A DNA stretch of 64,000 bases from an uncultured Ruficoccus sp. (GTDB lineage: Bacteria; Verrucomicrobiota; Verrucomicrobiia; Opitutales; Cerasicoccaceae), in contig OZ223481.1 in assembly GCA_965140785.1 (NCBI GenBank), positions 288,001-352,000 of the forward strand, read 5' to 3'. Position numbers and translations under genes: made by a program. The notes under the pieces are model-generated. The model had not been told where the DNA came from and ran no database searches. It worked only from the letters and a program-made list of their open reading frames with translations. Shown piece after piece: positions 28,988 through 39,305 of this stretch. Numbering within the stretch: the stretch's first letter is position 1; each line of letters opens with the position of its first letter.

Positions 28988-30013
28988 ATGCGCAAGCTCC
29001 TGCCTCTGTTCATCGTCCCTCTCCTGATCGTACTCGCGGCTGGTCCGGGCTGCTCTAAAAAAGAAGAAGCGCCGGAGCAGGCGACATCGGCAGAGAAGCC
29101 TGCAGAAAAGAAGAGCTCGAAATCGCTGGCCGGGTCGTTGATCGAGCGGATCACCCAGCCGGAAGAAAAAACCGAGCCTGAAGCAGCGGCCGAACCTTCC
29201 ACCTACCAGGTCCGCTACCCGGACATTCGCCAGTATCTGGGAGGCGAGCCGGTCGTGGTGCAGAGCGAGCCGCTCAAAGGTGACCTGCACACGGCGATGG
29301 AGCGGCAGATCATGCTATTTAAGAGCCTGATGCAAATCGGCGATGGCGGCGGGGACTCTGCCGAGCGGCAAAAACTCCAGCGGAAGCTCGATGAGCTGCG
29401 GTATGCTTTTCCAGTGCCGGGGAGCGGAGACAAGTATGTCTATGAGCAGCCCTCCGACGCCGACTCTTCCCTCAATTTCTACCGTTATCCGGTTCGGGAC
29501 TACACCAACGCACGGATGGTCGAGGATTTCCGCCGTACAGCCGAGGGTGCACAACTGGACCAGATCGAGCAGGCCATCGACGCCCTGAATGGCGACCTGA
29601 ACAAGTGGGAGCGCCACATGAGCAAAGTTTCCGACCGCAGTTCCAACTATGAACGCTATAAGCAGTTGAAGGCCGACAACAGATTTCTCGATTACATGCC
29701 GACATATCTTGAGGAGTGGACCAGCTTGGCAAAGCAGGTGGCCGCGCTCAAACAGGACGCACCCGACCCCGCCGAAGCCCGCCGCCAGTGGGCTCAGTTT
29801 GAGCAGCAGGAGCTGCCCGAGTTGAACGCCTATATCGAGAAATGCTGCGTCAACCGCTGGCCGGTCAACGCCAACAACCGGACGCAGGCGGCGGTTTCCC
29901 GCGACGCGACGCTGTACCTCTGCCTCAATGTGGCCAACCGCCAGCTGTACTTCCCGCTCCAGCCGACCTGGGATCAGGGTCTGGGCATGACCATTGCGCA
30001 GGTAGGAAACTAA
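28988..30013 (+). CDS. Hypothetical lipoprotein
   Basis: Signal peptide ending at a Cys (LAAGPGC-SKK); low-complexity linker; helical body. Confidence 0.7.
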   Translation: MRKLLPLFIVPLLIVLAAGPGCSKKEEAPEQATSAEKPAEKKSSKSLAGSLIERITQPEEKTEPEAAAEPSTYQVRYPDIRQYLGGEPVVVQSEPLKGDLHTAMERQIMLFKSLMQIGDGGGDSAERQKLQRKLDELRYAFPVPGSGDKYVYEQPSDADSSLNFYRYPVRDYTNARMVEDFRRTAEGAQLDQIEQAIDALNGDLNKWERHMSKVSDRSSNYERYKQLKADNRFLDYMPTYLEEWTSLAKQVAALKQDAPDPAEARRQWAQFEQQELPELNAYIEKCCVNRWPVNANNRTQAAVSRDATLYLCLNVANRQLYFPLQPTWDQGLGMTIAQVGN

Positions 30014-30183
30014 GTTGAATATGGCCAGTGATTTTCTCAAGACGTGGAGCCTGTGGTTGCTGTTGCTGCCTTCGCCCATCGCAGAGACGATGCAGTAAGC
30101 ATCGGAAGTGCAGGCTATGCCTGCCGCGGGCGCGGGCTGCGTAAGCCCGCAATCAATATGCCGCGAACTTCAAACTCGGGACA

Positions 30184-30795
30184 CTAGGCGGTAGCGCCGC
30201 TGGGGCGCGGCGGGCGTCCGCTGCGGCGGAAGCGTTTGATCAGCTTCACACTGAGCCAGAGGACGATACACAGCACGATGATCCCGATCAGGATGGGGAT
30301 CACCAGGGCCAGAATGGCGGTTACGAGGGAGCTGCCCGCCTCGACCGTGGAGACGATGGGGTTGCCCATGCCACCGGTGGTGGCGGTGGAAGTTCCACGG
30401 GTAAGGACCGTCCCGGCCTGGACGACACCGGCGGGGCCCCCGCCCATGAGGGCCGCCAGCGTCCATTTGACGCCGGGGTTCATGTCCGGCAGGACGGCAG
30501 CGGAAATGACCGTGCCGGCCACCAGCGCCGCCGGGGTGGCGATGCTGTCGAGCGCGTTGTCCACCCACGGAATGTAGTAGGCGGCGATTTCGGCTAGCGT
30601 GGCGGTGCACAGGCCGACGAGGGCAGGCCAGCTCTGTAGCCACTGGAAGCTCTCGCCCAGCTCGATCACGCCGCTACGGCCCGCTATGCTCAGCACCAGC
30701 ATGGGAATGAACACGCGAAAGCCCGCGGCGGCACTGAGGCCGATGCCCGCGACGACAGCGACAATGCCGGTTAGCGTTCCCTGGTCCATTTCCAT
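30184..30795 (-). CDS. DUF4126-family membrane protein
   Basis: GIGLSAAAGFRVFIP, EIAAYYIPWVDNALD, TGGMGNPIVSTVE. Confidence 0.9.
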   Translation of the reverse strand: MEMDQGTLTGIVAVVAGIGLSAAAGFRVFIPMLVLSIAGRSGVIELGESFQWLQSWPALVGLCTATLAEIAAYYIPWVDNALDSIATPAALVAGTVISAAVLPDMNPGVKWTLAALMGGGPAGVVQAGTVLTRGTSTATTGGMGNPIVSTVEAGSSLVTAILALVIPILIGIIVLCIVLWLSVKLIKRFRRSGRPPRPSGATA

Positions 30796-31020
30796 GATAA
30801 CTGATCTGCGTCGGTAATAACGTTTAGCAGATATCGGTCCGTTTGCAAAGGGCATAAGCGTTAACCGGGTGGGGGAGCAGGAGCGCCTGCGTACACGGCC
30901 TAGCCTGGGGTAGTCGTCTTCTATTGGTAGAAGTGCGGAGCCCCTTTTAGCACCGGCGCAGCCCGGTTTGAGAAAGCAATGGGCTTGCCTCGGGGGCGGG
31001 CATTACTTAGCGAATGGGGC

Positions 31021-31956
31021 ATGAGCAAACCTCAGAGGCACGCCGAGCATCTGCTGCGCCGGCTCAGTTGGGAAGAACTGGACCCCGCCTGGCTGCGGCG
31101 CCTGATCGAGATGGCCCGCGACGAAGACCTGGACGGGGCCGGGCTGCGCAAGCCGGCCACTCCCGGCGGCGACGCTACCACGGACCTGCTGGCCGCCGAC
31201 ACACGCGGCACGGTGGAGCTGGTCGCCCGCGAGCCCATGCGGCTCTGCGGCCTGCGGCTCGTTCCGCTGATTCTGGAGGTTTACGGTGGCGGCTGTGACT
31301 GGAGCCCGATGGCTCGCGACGGCACGCCGCTGGATGAGGGGGCCTTGATCGGGCGGATCGCCGGGCCGGTGGGGACTCTTTTACGGGCCGAGCGCGTCAT
31401 GCTGAACTTCCTCCAGCGCCTGAGCGGGATTTCCACCACGACGGCGCATTATGTCACTCTTCTGGGACAAAATGGACCGCGCCTGCTCGATACCCGTAAG
31501 ACCACGCCGGGCTTTCGCGTGCTGGAGAAGTACGCCGTCGCCACCGGCGGCGGGTGGAACCACCGGCTGGGGCTGTTTGACCGCATTATGTTGAAAGACA
31601 ATCACTTGGCCGCGAACGACGCCAGCGCGGGCGAGCGGCTGGCCGCGACTGTGCGGGCAGCCCGGGAGCGGCGCCCGGACCTCGCGGTCGAGGTCGAGGT
31701 GGACCACCTGGAGCAGATTCCGCCGGTGCTGGAAGCAGGGGCGGATGTGATTATGCTGGATAACTTTACTACCAAGGGCCTGCGCGAGGCCGTGGCGCTG
31801 ATCGGTGATCAAGCCTGGACCGAGGCCAGCGGCGGGATCAACGAAGCCAATGCCAAGTCCCTGTCCGGGCTCGGGCTGGACTTCATCTCCAGCGGGGCGG
31901 TCGTGCACCGCAGCCGCTGGATGGACATCGGGCTGGATTGGAGCGATCATGGGTGA
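31021..31956 (+). CDS. nadC: Quinolinate phosphoribosyltransferase (decarboxylating)
   Basis: ERVMLNFLQRLSGI, DTRKTTPG, NHRLGLFD..MLKDNH, EVEVD, IMLDN, EASGGI. Confidence 0.96.
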   Translation: MSKPQRHAEHLLRRLSWEELDPAWLRRLIEMARDEDLDGAGLRKPATPGGDATTDLLAADTRGTVELVAREPMRLCGLRLVPLILEVYGGGCDWSPMARDGTPLDEGALIGRIAGPVGTLLRAERVMLNFLQRLSGISTTTAHYVTLLGQNGPRLLDTRKTTPGFRVLEKYAVATGGGWNHRLGLFDRIMLKDNHLAANDASAGERLAATVRAARERRPDLAVEVEVDHLEQIPPVLEAGADVIMLDNFTTKGLREAVALIGDQAWTEASGGINEANAKSLSGLGLDFISSGAVVHRSRWMDIGLDWSDHG

Positions 31957-32938
31957 GGTCAGCGACGCGGAAATCCTCGCCGCCTTCCTCGCCGCCGGGG
32001 ACGAGTATGTCTCGGGGGCGTCCATCGCCGAGGATACCGGGGTCTCCCGGGCGGCAGTCTGGGGGCGGCTGGATCGGCTGCGCTCGGAGGGTTTCGCTTT
32101 CGAGGCGGTGCGAAACAAAGGTTACCGATTGGAGACAATTCCCGATGTTTTGCATCCGGCTCTGCTGGCTGCTCACCTCCTGAGACTGGCCTGCCCGGCC
32201 AATTTGCACTACCTGGCCGAGACCGACAGCACAAATAGCCAGGCCGAGCGCCTGCTGGCCGACGGCGAGCATACGCCCTTCGTCGTGGTGGCGGGTAAGC
32301 AGACCGCCGGGCGGGGGCGGCGGGGGCGCGTGTGGTTCAGCGAGGACCCCGGCAACCTGACCCTGAGCCTGGCCCTGCGGCCCCAGCTCCCCCCGGCTCG
32401 GATGCAGACTTTTACGCTGTGGATGGGGCTCTCGACCTGTTTGGCCGTCAACGAGTTATGCGGCGTGTCGCTCAAGGTCAAGTGGCCCAACGACCTCCAC
32501 TGGAACGGCAAGAAGGTGGCCGGCATGCTGACCGAGGCGCGGTCGGACTCGGAAATGCTCCGCGATCTGGTCTTTGGGATCGGTTTGAATGTAAACGGTG
32601 TCACCGACCAGTTTCCCCCGGAGGTCCGTCAGGTGGCGGCCTCCCTGCGCGAGGCGGTTGGGCAGCCCTTCGATCTCAACGCCACGGCGGCGAAACTGAT
32701 TCTGGCGCTCCTGAAAGCCTGCGATGCTTTTTTGGAGGACCGTTATCGGGAGACATTTCGTGAGCAGTGGCCGCTGCATGACGCCCTGACAGGGCGGACG
32801 GTGACGGTTTCGCAGGCCGATCAGGTCATCAGCGGCGAGTATCTGGGCATCGACGAGACGGGAACCCTGCGCCTGCGTTTGCCTGACGGGACGGAACGGC
32901 CGTTTGCGGCGGGAGATGTCACTTTGAAGAAACAATGA
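31949..32938 (+). CDS. birA: Biotin--[acetyl-CoA-carboxylase] ligase with N-terminal HTH
   Basis: SGASIAEDTGVSRAAVW HTH; DSTN; QTAGRGRRGRVW; KWPND; KKVAGML. Confidence 0.95.
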   Translation: MGEVSDAEILAAFLAAGDEYVSGASIAEDTGVSRAAVWGRLDRLRSEGFAFEAVRNKGYRLETIPDVLHPALLAAHLLRLACPANLHYLAETDSTNSQAERLLADGEHTPFVVVAGKQTAGRGRRGRVWFSEDPGNLTLSLALRPQLPPARMQTFTLWMGLSTCLAVNELCGVSLKVKWPNDLHWNGKKVAGMLTEARSDSEMLRDLVFGIGLNVNGVTDQFPPEVRQVAASLREAVGQPFDLNATAAKLILALLKACDAFLEDRYRETFREQWPLHDALTGRTVTVSQADQVISGEYLGIDETGTLRLRLPDGTERPFAAGDVTLKKQ

Positions 32939-33687
32939 GCGTTTTATGCATTGATATTGGCAATACCCGGCTTCACCTAGGCCGGGTGGACGGGCAAACG
33001 GTGTCCGGAACCGAGGATTTGCCCACGCCGGAGATTCCCCGGCTGCTGCCTGAGCGGCTGGCGGCGGGCGGTTTCGAGGGCGTGGCCTACTGTTCGGTGG
33101 TGCCCACGGCCACAGCTGAGTTGGAGGGCGCCTTGAAAGCGGCTGGGATCACAGCCGCGGTGCGACTGGACCACGACTGCTGCCCGGGGCTGAAGATCAG
33201 CTATCCGCATCCGCCCGAGATCGGTCCGGACCGACTGGCCAACGGGATTGGCGCTCAGGTGGTTTGCGGGGCGCCTGCCATTGTCATCGATACTGGCACG
33301 GCTACGACTTTTGACCTGGTGACACAGGGCGGCGGCTACATCGGCGGCATCATCGCGCCCGGTCCGGCCATGATGACCAAATACTTGCATGAAAAAACTG
33401 CCCTCCTGCCCGAGCTCAGTCTGGAGGAGCTGAAGGACCCGGGCCGGATCGGGCGTTCGACTCGCGATGCGATGAAGCTCGGCTGCGTGGTCGGCTACGG
33501 CGGGATGATTCAGGCGCTGTTGGCGCGTTCGCGGGAGGAATTTTCCGCCCGGGGCGAGTCCGCGCCCACGGTTCTGGCCACCGGCGGGGGCACTGTGGTC
33601 TGGATCGATCAGTTGACGGAAAAAATCGAGTTCGTCCCACACCTGAGCCTGCTCGGCCTGGCCGCCGGTTACGCCCGCTCCCGGTGA
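32935..33687 (+). CDS. coaX: Type III pantothenate kinase
   Basis: IDIGNT, SVVP, IGPDR, IDTGTATTFD, GGIIAPG, ATGG. Confidence 0.95.
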   Translation: MSVLCIDIGNTRLHLGRVDGQTVSGTEDLPTPEIPRLLPERLAAGGFEGVAYCSVVPTATAELEGALKAAGITAAVRLDHDCCPGLKISYPHPPEIGPDRLANGIGAQVVCGAPAIVIDTGTATTFDLVTQGGGYIGGIIAPGPAMMTKYLHEKTALLPELSLEELKDPGRIGRSTRDAMKLGCVVGYGGMIQALLARSREEFSARGESAPTVLATGGGTVVWIDQLTEKIEFVPHLSLLGLAAGYARSR

Positions 33688-33937
33688 GGAGCGCCTCTGC
33701 GGTTAGGATTGGTCTGGGGTGCCGCGAGAGGGCAGCGGGAATAACACCGGGAAGCTTGTGGAGCCCGGGAGCGTCTGCCTTACCTTTCTTTTTGATCTTC
33801 TCGGCCTTCCTGCCAAATTCCTCCCTTTTTATCCAGCCAGGGTGAACGTGGCATTATTCGCCGGGCGAATCGTGCTTTTCTGGGGTTGCCAGAGGGCGAG
33901 TTCATGTCTCATGGTGGTAGGATACAGCCATGAACCC

Positions 33938-35002
33938 ATGGCGAACCCTTTTGCTGTCAACGAGTCTAATCCTCTATCCTTGGAATCCGAGCAACCAGCT
34001 ATTGAAGTTCTTGATCTGACGAAGCGTTACGGCCCGCGCAAGGCGATCGACCACGTCAGTTTCGAAGTGGCGCGCGGGCAGGTCGTCGGCTTTCTCGGCC
34101 CAAACGGGGCGGGCAAGAGCACGACCATGCGCATTCTGTGCGGAATCATGCCGGCTACCTCGGGCATCGCCCGTGTCTGCGGCATCCCGGTGGCCAGCCA
34201 GTCCGGCGAGGTCAAAAAGCGCATCGGCTACATGCCCGAGTCCAATCCGCTGCCGGAGGACATGCGGGTGATTGAATACCTGCGCTACCGTGCCCGCCTG
34301 AAGGAAATCCCTGCCCGCCTGATCCGCGACCGGGTGGAGGAGGCGATGGAGGTATGTGAACTGCACCGCAAGCCCCGCCGCCGCCTGATCAGCACCCTCT
34401 CCAAGGGCTACCGCCAGCGCGTGGGCATCGCCGACGCCATCCTGGCCAAGCCCGAGGTCATCGTGATGGACGAGCCGACCATCGGCCTGGACCCGCACCA
34501 GATCCTCAGCATTCGCAACCTGATTGACGCCCTGCGGGGGAATATGACGGTCATCCTTTCCAGCCACATCCTGCCCGAGATCGAAATCTGCTGCGACCGC
34601 GTGATCATCATCAATCAGGGCCGGGTCGTGGCCAATGGCACCTCCCAGAGCCTGCGCGAGCAGTTCCTGCCCATGACCCGCTACCGGGTCCGCACCGCCC
34701 TTGAGCCCGAGCAGATGGGCTCGCTCCTGCCGACGATCAGCCCCGAGCTGACGCTGGAGAGCGCGAGCGAGGCCGACGGGCTGCACGAATACCTGATGGA
34801 GGCACCTTCGCGCCTGGATTTGACCGAAGCCTTTATCGACGGCCTGCGCGAGCGCCGGGCGCGTATCCACGAGGTGGCTCGCCTGCAGCCGAACCTGGAG
34901 GACATCTTCATGTCCGCCACCAAACGCAGTTGGGATGAGACCCTGCCTGCGGGCAAGGAATCGTCGTCCCCGGAACCTGTCGAAGCGTCCACCCCGTCCT
35001 GA
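33938..35002 (+). CDS. ABC transporter ATP-binding protein (ABC-2/GldA-like)
   Basis: GPNGAGKST, LSKGYRQRVGIA, MDEPTIGLDP, SSHILPE; start uncertain. Confidence 0.93.
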   Translation: MANPFAVNESNPLSLESEQPAIEVLDLTKRYGPRKAIDHVSFEVARGQVVGFLGPNGAGKSTTMRILCGIMPATSGIARVCGIPVASQSGEVKKRIGYMPESNPLPEDMRVIEYLRYRARLKEIPARLIRDRVEEAMEVCELHRKPRRRLISTLSKGYRQRVGIADAILAKPEVIVMDEPTIGLDPHQILSIRNLIDALRGNMTVILSSHILPEIEICCDRVIIINQGRVVANGTSQSLREQFLPMTRYRVRTALEPEQMGSLLPTISPELTLESASEADGLHEYLMEAPSRLDLTEAFIDGLRERRARIHEVARLQPNLEDIFMSATKRSWDETLPAGKESSSPEPVEASTPS

Positions 35003-35016
35003 GTTATCCTGCACCG

Positions 35017-35781
35017 ATGCGACATTTTCTGACCCTGTTTTCCCATGAGCTGCGCATGCTGCTGATCGCGCCGGCCACCTACGTGGCCTCCGTGCTGTTT
35101 CTGCTGCTGATGGGCTTGATTTATCTGCTCGTGCTGAACGAGGCGGGCGCGCGCGAGACGGACCTGCCACCCTCGGTCTTGTTTTTCCAGGTCTTCTGGA
35201 TTCCGGTCTTTTTCATGGTGCCGCTGTTGACCATGCGTTCTATCGCCGAGGAGCGCCGCCTGGGCACGCTGGAGACGCTCATGACGACCCCGGCCAGCGC
35301 CTTGCAGGTGGTGCTGAGCAAGTTCCTGGGGGCGTATGTCTTTTACCTGCTGCTGTGGGGGCTGACCATTTGTTTCCCCTTCATCGCGGCCTACGGGCTT
35401 CCGAGCACGGCGGACAAGGCCGTGGTGCTGGAGTTGGCCCCGATGCTGGGCGGTTATCTTTTTGTCGCCCTGAGCGGAGCGCTCTACATCGGGCTGGGGA
35501 TTTTCGCCAGCAGCCTGACCCGCAGCCAGCTGGTGGCGGGGATGCTGAGCTTCAGCATGCTTTTTATCATCATTATCAGCGGGCAGCTTCTGCTTCGCTT
35601 GCCGATCCAGGAATACTCGTGGATGCACTGGCTGGAGTCGCCGCTGGAGTACATCCGCTCCTTCAAGCACCTGGAGGACTTCAGCCGCGGGGTGATCGAC
35701 ACCCGGCCCTTCATGCTCTACCTCAGTAACGCCGCCCTTCTGCTGGGCATCACCACGCTCGTCGTCGAGTCCAAAGCCTAG
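35017..35781 (+). CDS. ABC-2 permease (GldF-like)
   Basis: PLLTMRSIAEERRLGTLETLMTTP, LSKFLG, SSLTRSQLVA; about six TM helices. Confidence 0.9.
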   Translation: MRHFLTLFSHELRMLLIAPATYVASVLFLLLMGLIYLLVLNEAGARETDLPPSVLFFQVFWIPVFFMVPLLTMRSIAEERRLGTLETLMTTPASALQVVLSKFLGAYVFYLLLWGLTICFPFIAAYGLPSTADKAVVLELAPMLGGYLFVALSGALYIGLGIFASSLTRSQLVAGMLSFSMLFIIIISGQLLLRLPIQEYSWMHWLESPLEYIRSFKHLEDFSRGVIDTRPFMLYLSNAALLLGITTLVVESKA

Positions 35782-35790
35782 AAGAACGCT

Positions 35791-37275
35791 ATGAGCCGAA
35801 TGGAAGAGTTCAGTTACGCGCGCTGGGTCCTGCGGATCAACCGGCTGGTGCAGATTTGTTTGTTCGTCCTGCTGGTGGCGGCGGTGAATTACATCGCCTC
35901 ACGTTCGTTCGAGCGGTTCGACCTGACCCGCAACAACCGCTACTCCCTCTCGGCGGAGACGCTGGCCTACCTGGACCAGGTCAACCAGCCGGTGCGGATT
36001 ATCGTGACCACGCCTCCCGAGTCTGCCCCCGAGGAGATGCGGTTTATTTTCCGCCAGGTCAGCCGCTTGCTGCGCGAGTACGAGCTGGCCAGCCGCCAGG
36101 ACAAGGGCGGCGAGCAAATGATCGACGTGGAGTACGTCAATGTCTATCGCCAGAGCGAGAAGGCCGAGGAGCTGGTCAACAAGTTCGGGATCAGTCCCGA
36201 CCAGGACAACGTCATCGTGGTCAGCAGTGGCGCCCGCTACAAGCAGGTGCTGCCGCTGGATGTTTGGAAGACCGACGAGAGCGGCGTGAGCGCCTTTCAG
36301 GGCGAGCAGGCCTTTACCTCGGCCATCTTGGACGTGACCAACCAGAACGCCAAGACCATCTACCACCTCTTCGGCCACGGGGAGATGCGGGCGGACGACG
36401 TCGATCCGCTGCGCGGTTTTTCGCGGGCCTCGTATTATCTGCGGCAGCGCAATTTCAAGCAGGAGCCGCTCGATCTGATGGAGGTGCCGAAGGTGCCCGA
36501 GGATGCCGGGCTGGTCATCATCGCCGGGCCGCAGACGCAGTTGCTCCCGCCCGAGCAGGAGAAGCTCCGCCGCTACCTGACCGAGGACAATGGCCGCCTC
36601 CTGGTCCTGCTGGAGCCGGGAAATCCGCACGGCCTGGACGATCTCTTTTATGACTGGGGCGTGCTGGCGGACGACATGCTTGTGCTGGAGAACTCCAATG
36701 AGTTCCTCGCCTCCGAGGGCGACTCGCTGGTGGGCAACTTCACCGACCACCCGATCACAAAGATCCTTTACGACAACAAGCTCAAGGTGCTCGTCGGGCT
36801 GAGCCGTCCGGTGCGCCAGGACATGGGGGCCCCGCTGGACAACAGCCTGGAGATCACCCCGCTGATGGCCTCTTCGCCCGAGAGCTGGGCCGAGCGGGAC
36901 TACCTGCGCACGCCCATCCAGTACAACGAGGAGACGGACCTGGCCGGACCGATCACGCTGGCTATGGTTTCGGAACGCTCGGCCGGGAGCCGTTTCGGCT
37001 TAAACATCCCCGGCGGCAAGCTCGTCGTCTTCGGCAACGCCGGTATGTTCAGCAACAACCGCTTCGCGGCGGCGGCCAACGAAACACTCTTCCACAACGT
37101 CATCCACTGGATCCTCGACCAGGATTCGCTGGTCAACATCGAGCCCCGCAAGCTGGAGAACTACAAGATCAGCCTGAGCCGTCAGGATCTGATCGACACC
37201 GGGCTTCGCCTCTTGATTTTGCCCGGTGCGGTCGCTTTGCTCGGGGTCATGATAACTTTTATCCGCCGCCGTTAA
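35791..37275 (+). CDS. GldG-family ABC auxiliary protein
   Basis: RFDLTRNNRYSLSAET, GEQAFTSAI, GHGE, VIIAGPQ; TM helices at both ends. Confidence 0.88.
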   Translation: MSRMEEFSYARWVLRINRLVQICLFVLLVAAVNYIASRSFERFDLTRNNRYSLSAETLAYLDQVNQPVRIIVTTPPESAPEEMRFIFRQVSRLLREYELASRQDKGGEQMIDVEYVNVYRQSEKAEELVNKFGISPDQDNVIVVSSGARYKQVLPLDVWKTDESGVSAFQGEQAFTSAILDVTNQNAKTIYHLFGHGEMRADDVDPLRGFSRASYYLRQRNFKQEPLDLMEVPKVPEDAGLVIIAGPQTQLLPPEQEKLRRYLTEDNGRLLVLLEPGNPHGLDDLFYDWGVLADDMLVLENSNEFLASEGDSLVGNFTDHPITKILYDNKLKVLVGLSRPVRQDMGAPLDNSLEITPLMASSPESWAERDYLRTPIQYNEETDLAGPITLAMVSERSAGSRFGLNIPGGKLVVFGNAGMFSNNRFAAAANETLFHNVIHWILDQDSLVNIEPRKLENYKISLSRQDLIDTGLRLLILPGAVALLGVMITFIRRR

Positions 37276-37287
37276 TTCCTCCCTGTC

Positions 37288-39294
37288 ATGCGCGTTAAAC
37301 TCACCATAGTCCTGGTCATCCTCAATCTGGCGGCGTTCTACTGGATCTACGTTCTGGAGAAGCAGTCCGACCCGAAGGAGGCGTACCTGCAGGAAACGGT
37401 CAATATCCTCTCCAACGCCTCGGGGGTGGACCAGATCAGCATCCAGGTCAAAACCGCCCAGCGCCAGGAGGAGCGGGTCATTGCGCGTACGCGCAACGGC
37501 TGGGAAATCACCAGCCCCTACGTCTGGCCCGCCAATGATAACGCCGTCCAGCGTATCCTGACTCAGTTGCAGTTTTTGGAGAAAGAGGTCACCATCCCGC
37601 TGGACGAGATCAAGCGCAGCGGGCAGACCCTGGCCGATTTCGGCCTGGAGGACCCGGCCATCATCCTGAGCTACAAGATGGGCGAAAAGAAAGTCGTTCT
37701 GAAGATCGGCTCGCCCACCCAGCTCGGCAAGCGTGTGTACCTGCTGCCGCCCGACGGTGACGCCGTGCTGGTGGTCAGCGACGAGTTGCTCAAGGCCATC
37801 ACCATCGGGCTGGCCGACCTGCGCAGCGACCGGGTCTTTGACATTCCGCTCTTCGAGGTGCGCTCGCTCACCATTGAGCAGGGCGAGCAGCGGTACCGCT
37901 TCGAAGAGAGCGGGGACGATTGGTGGCTGGAGTCACCCATCCGCGTCCGGGCCGACAACGCCAAGGTTGATACCGCCCTGGGCCAGTTGACCGCTCTGCG
38001 CAGCGTCCACATCGTCCGCGACCTGCCCAGCGGGGGCGAGAATGCCGTCTTTGCCCAGCCCTACATGCGGATCACTCTCGGGGGCAACAACCGCCGCCGG
38101 ACCCTCCTGGTCGGTGCGCCGGTGCCGGAAGTTCTAGAGGGCGAAGCGCCCCAGCGTTATGCCCGGTTGGAGAACGACCCGGCTTCGGGCACGATTTTCA
38201 CCGTCGAGCAGAAGCCCCTGGAGCGCCTCAGCGACCCGGCGGATCGCCTGCGCCAGCGGTATTTCTTCGTCTTCGATCCGACCCAGGTCAACGCCATTGA
38301 GATCACCGAGGACGGGCGCAGCCTGACCCTCCAGAAGCTCGAAAAACGCCAGGCTGACGAAAAGCCGAGCTGGCAGATTTTCCGCAAGGAGGCCGGGGGT
38401 AAGATCGTTACCCAGCCTGCTGACGCCGAGGTTATCGGCCAATTGCTGACCTCCTTGCGCGGGCTGGAGGCCAAGTCCTTCGCCTCCGACGCGCCCTCCG
38501 GGCAGGACCTGGAGCAGTGGGGGCTGGCCAATGGCAAAACCCGGCGCGTGACCCTGCGCGGCGCCAGCGAGCAGACGCTGCTGCTCGGCGTCGATAAGCA
38601 AAGCGACGGCCTGTATGCCAAGCTCGCCGCCGAGCCTTTTGTCTACAAGGTCGGCAGCCTGATCCTGACGAAGATCAACTCCGACCCGCTGACCTACCGC
38701 AGCCGCCTGCTCGACCAGAGCATGGCCGGGGCCCGGGTGGTCGGGCTCACCCTGACCGACCTGAACGGCGATCAGAAGCTGCTCGCGGGAACTATCGATC
38801 CGCAAAAGGAGACCTGGAGCACGCACTGGGCTTCCCTGCCGGAGAAGGAGCGCGAAGCCGCTCTCGACTTGGTGGACCAACTGGAGAATTTCCGTGTCGC
38901 CGCCTACGAGGACAAACCCTTCTCGGCTTGGCCGGGCAAGACCTGGCGCTATCGCCTGAGCGTGGATTACTTCCTGCCCGGCAGCCAGGACGGCGCCACC
39001 ACGCAGCGCGAGTACGACTTTAGTGTCCGCCAGGAGGCCGATCGGCAGTTGGGCGGTTCCCCGGCCACGGGGCTCGCCTTCGAGCTGACCCAGCCGATGA
39101 TTGATGCGCTTTTTGTCCTGACCTTTGAGAAGGACGCTCCTGTCCTGCCGGATACGCCTGAAGCAGTGGAAAAGGCCGAGCCGCTGCCCCTGCCGGAGGG
39201 AGCGGGTCAGAAGCCGACAACGACTTCGCCGCCCGAGGCCGAGGCCGCTTCGTCCGCGGCTGGGAAGACACCGTCCGGGCAGCCAGCCCCGTAA
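37288..39294 (+). CDS. DUF4340-domain protein
   Basis: N-terminal anchor; repeated W.I.SP...AD...V...L..L and L..FGL..P units; typical position after gldG. Confidence 0.8.
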   Translation: MRVKLTIVLVILNLAAFYWIYVLEKQSDPKEAYLQETVNILSNASGVDQISIQVKTAQRQEERVIARTRNGWEITSPYVWPANDNAVQRILTQLQFLEKEVTIPLDEIKRSGQTLADFGLEDPAIILSYKMGEKKVVLKIGSPTQLGKRVYLLPPDGDAVLVVSDELLKAITIGLADLRSDRVFDIPLFEVRSLTIEQGEQRYRFEESGDDWWLESPIRVRADNAKVDTALGQLTALRSVHIVRDLPSGGENAVFAQPYMRITLGGNNRRRTLLVGAPVPEVLEGEAPQRYARLENDPASGTIFTVEQKPLERLSDPADRLRQRYFFVFDPTQVNAIEITEDGRSLTLQKLEKRQADEKPSWQIFRKEAGGKIVTQPADAEVIGQLLTSLRGLEAKSFASDAPSGQDLEQWGLANGKTRRVTLRGASEQTLLLGVDKQSDGLYAKLAAEPFVYKVGSLILTKINSDPLTYRSRLLDQSMAGARVVGLTLTDLNGDQKLLAGTIDPQKETWSTHWASLPEKEREAALDLVDQLENFRVAAYEDKPFSAWPGKTWRYRLSVDYFLPGSQDGATTQREYDFSVRQEADRQLGGSPATGLAFELTQPMIDALFVLTFEKDAPVLPDTPEAVEKAEPLPLPEGAGQKPTTTSPPEAEAASSAAGKTPSGQPAP

Positions 39295-39305
39295 CACCCA
39301 GAGCC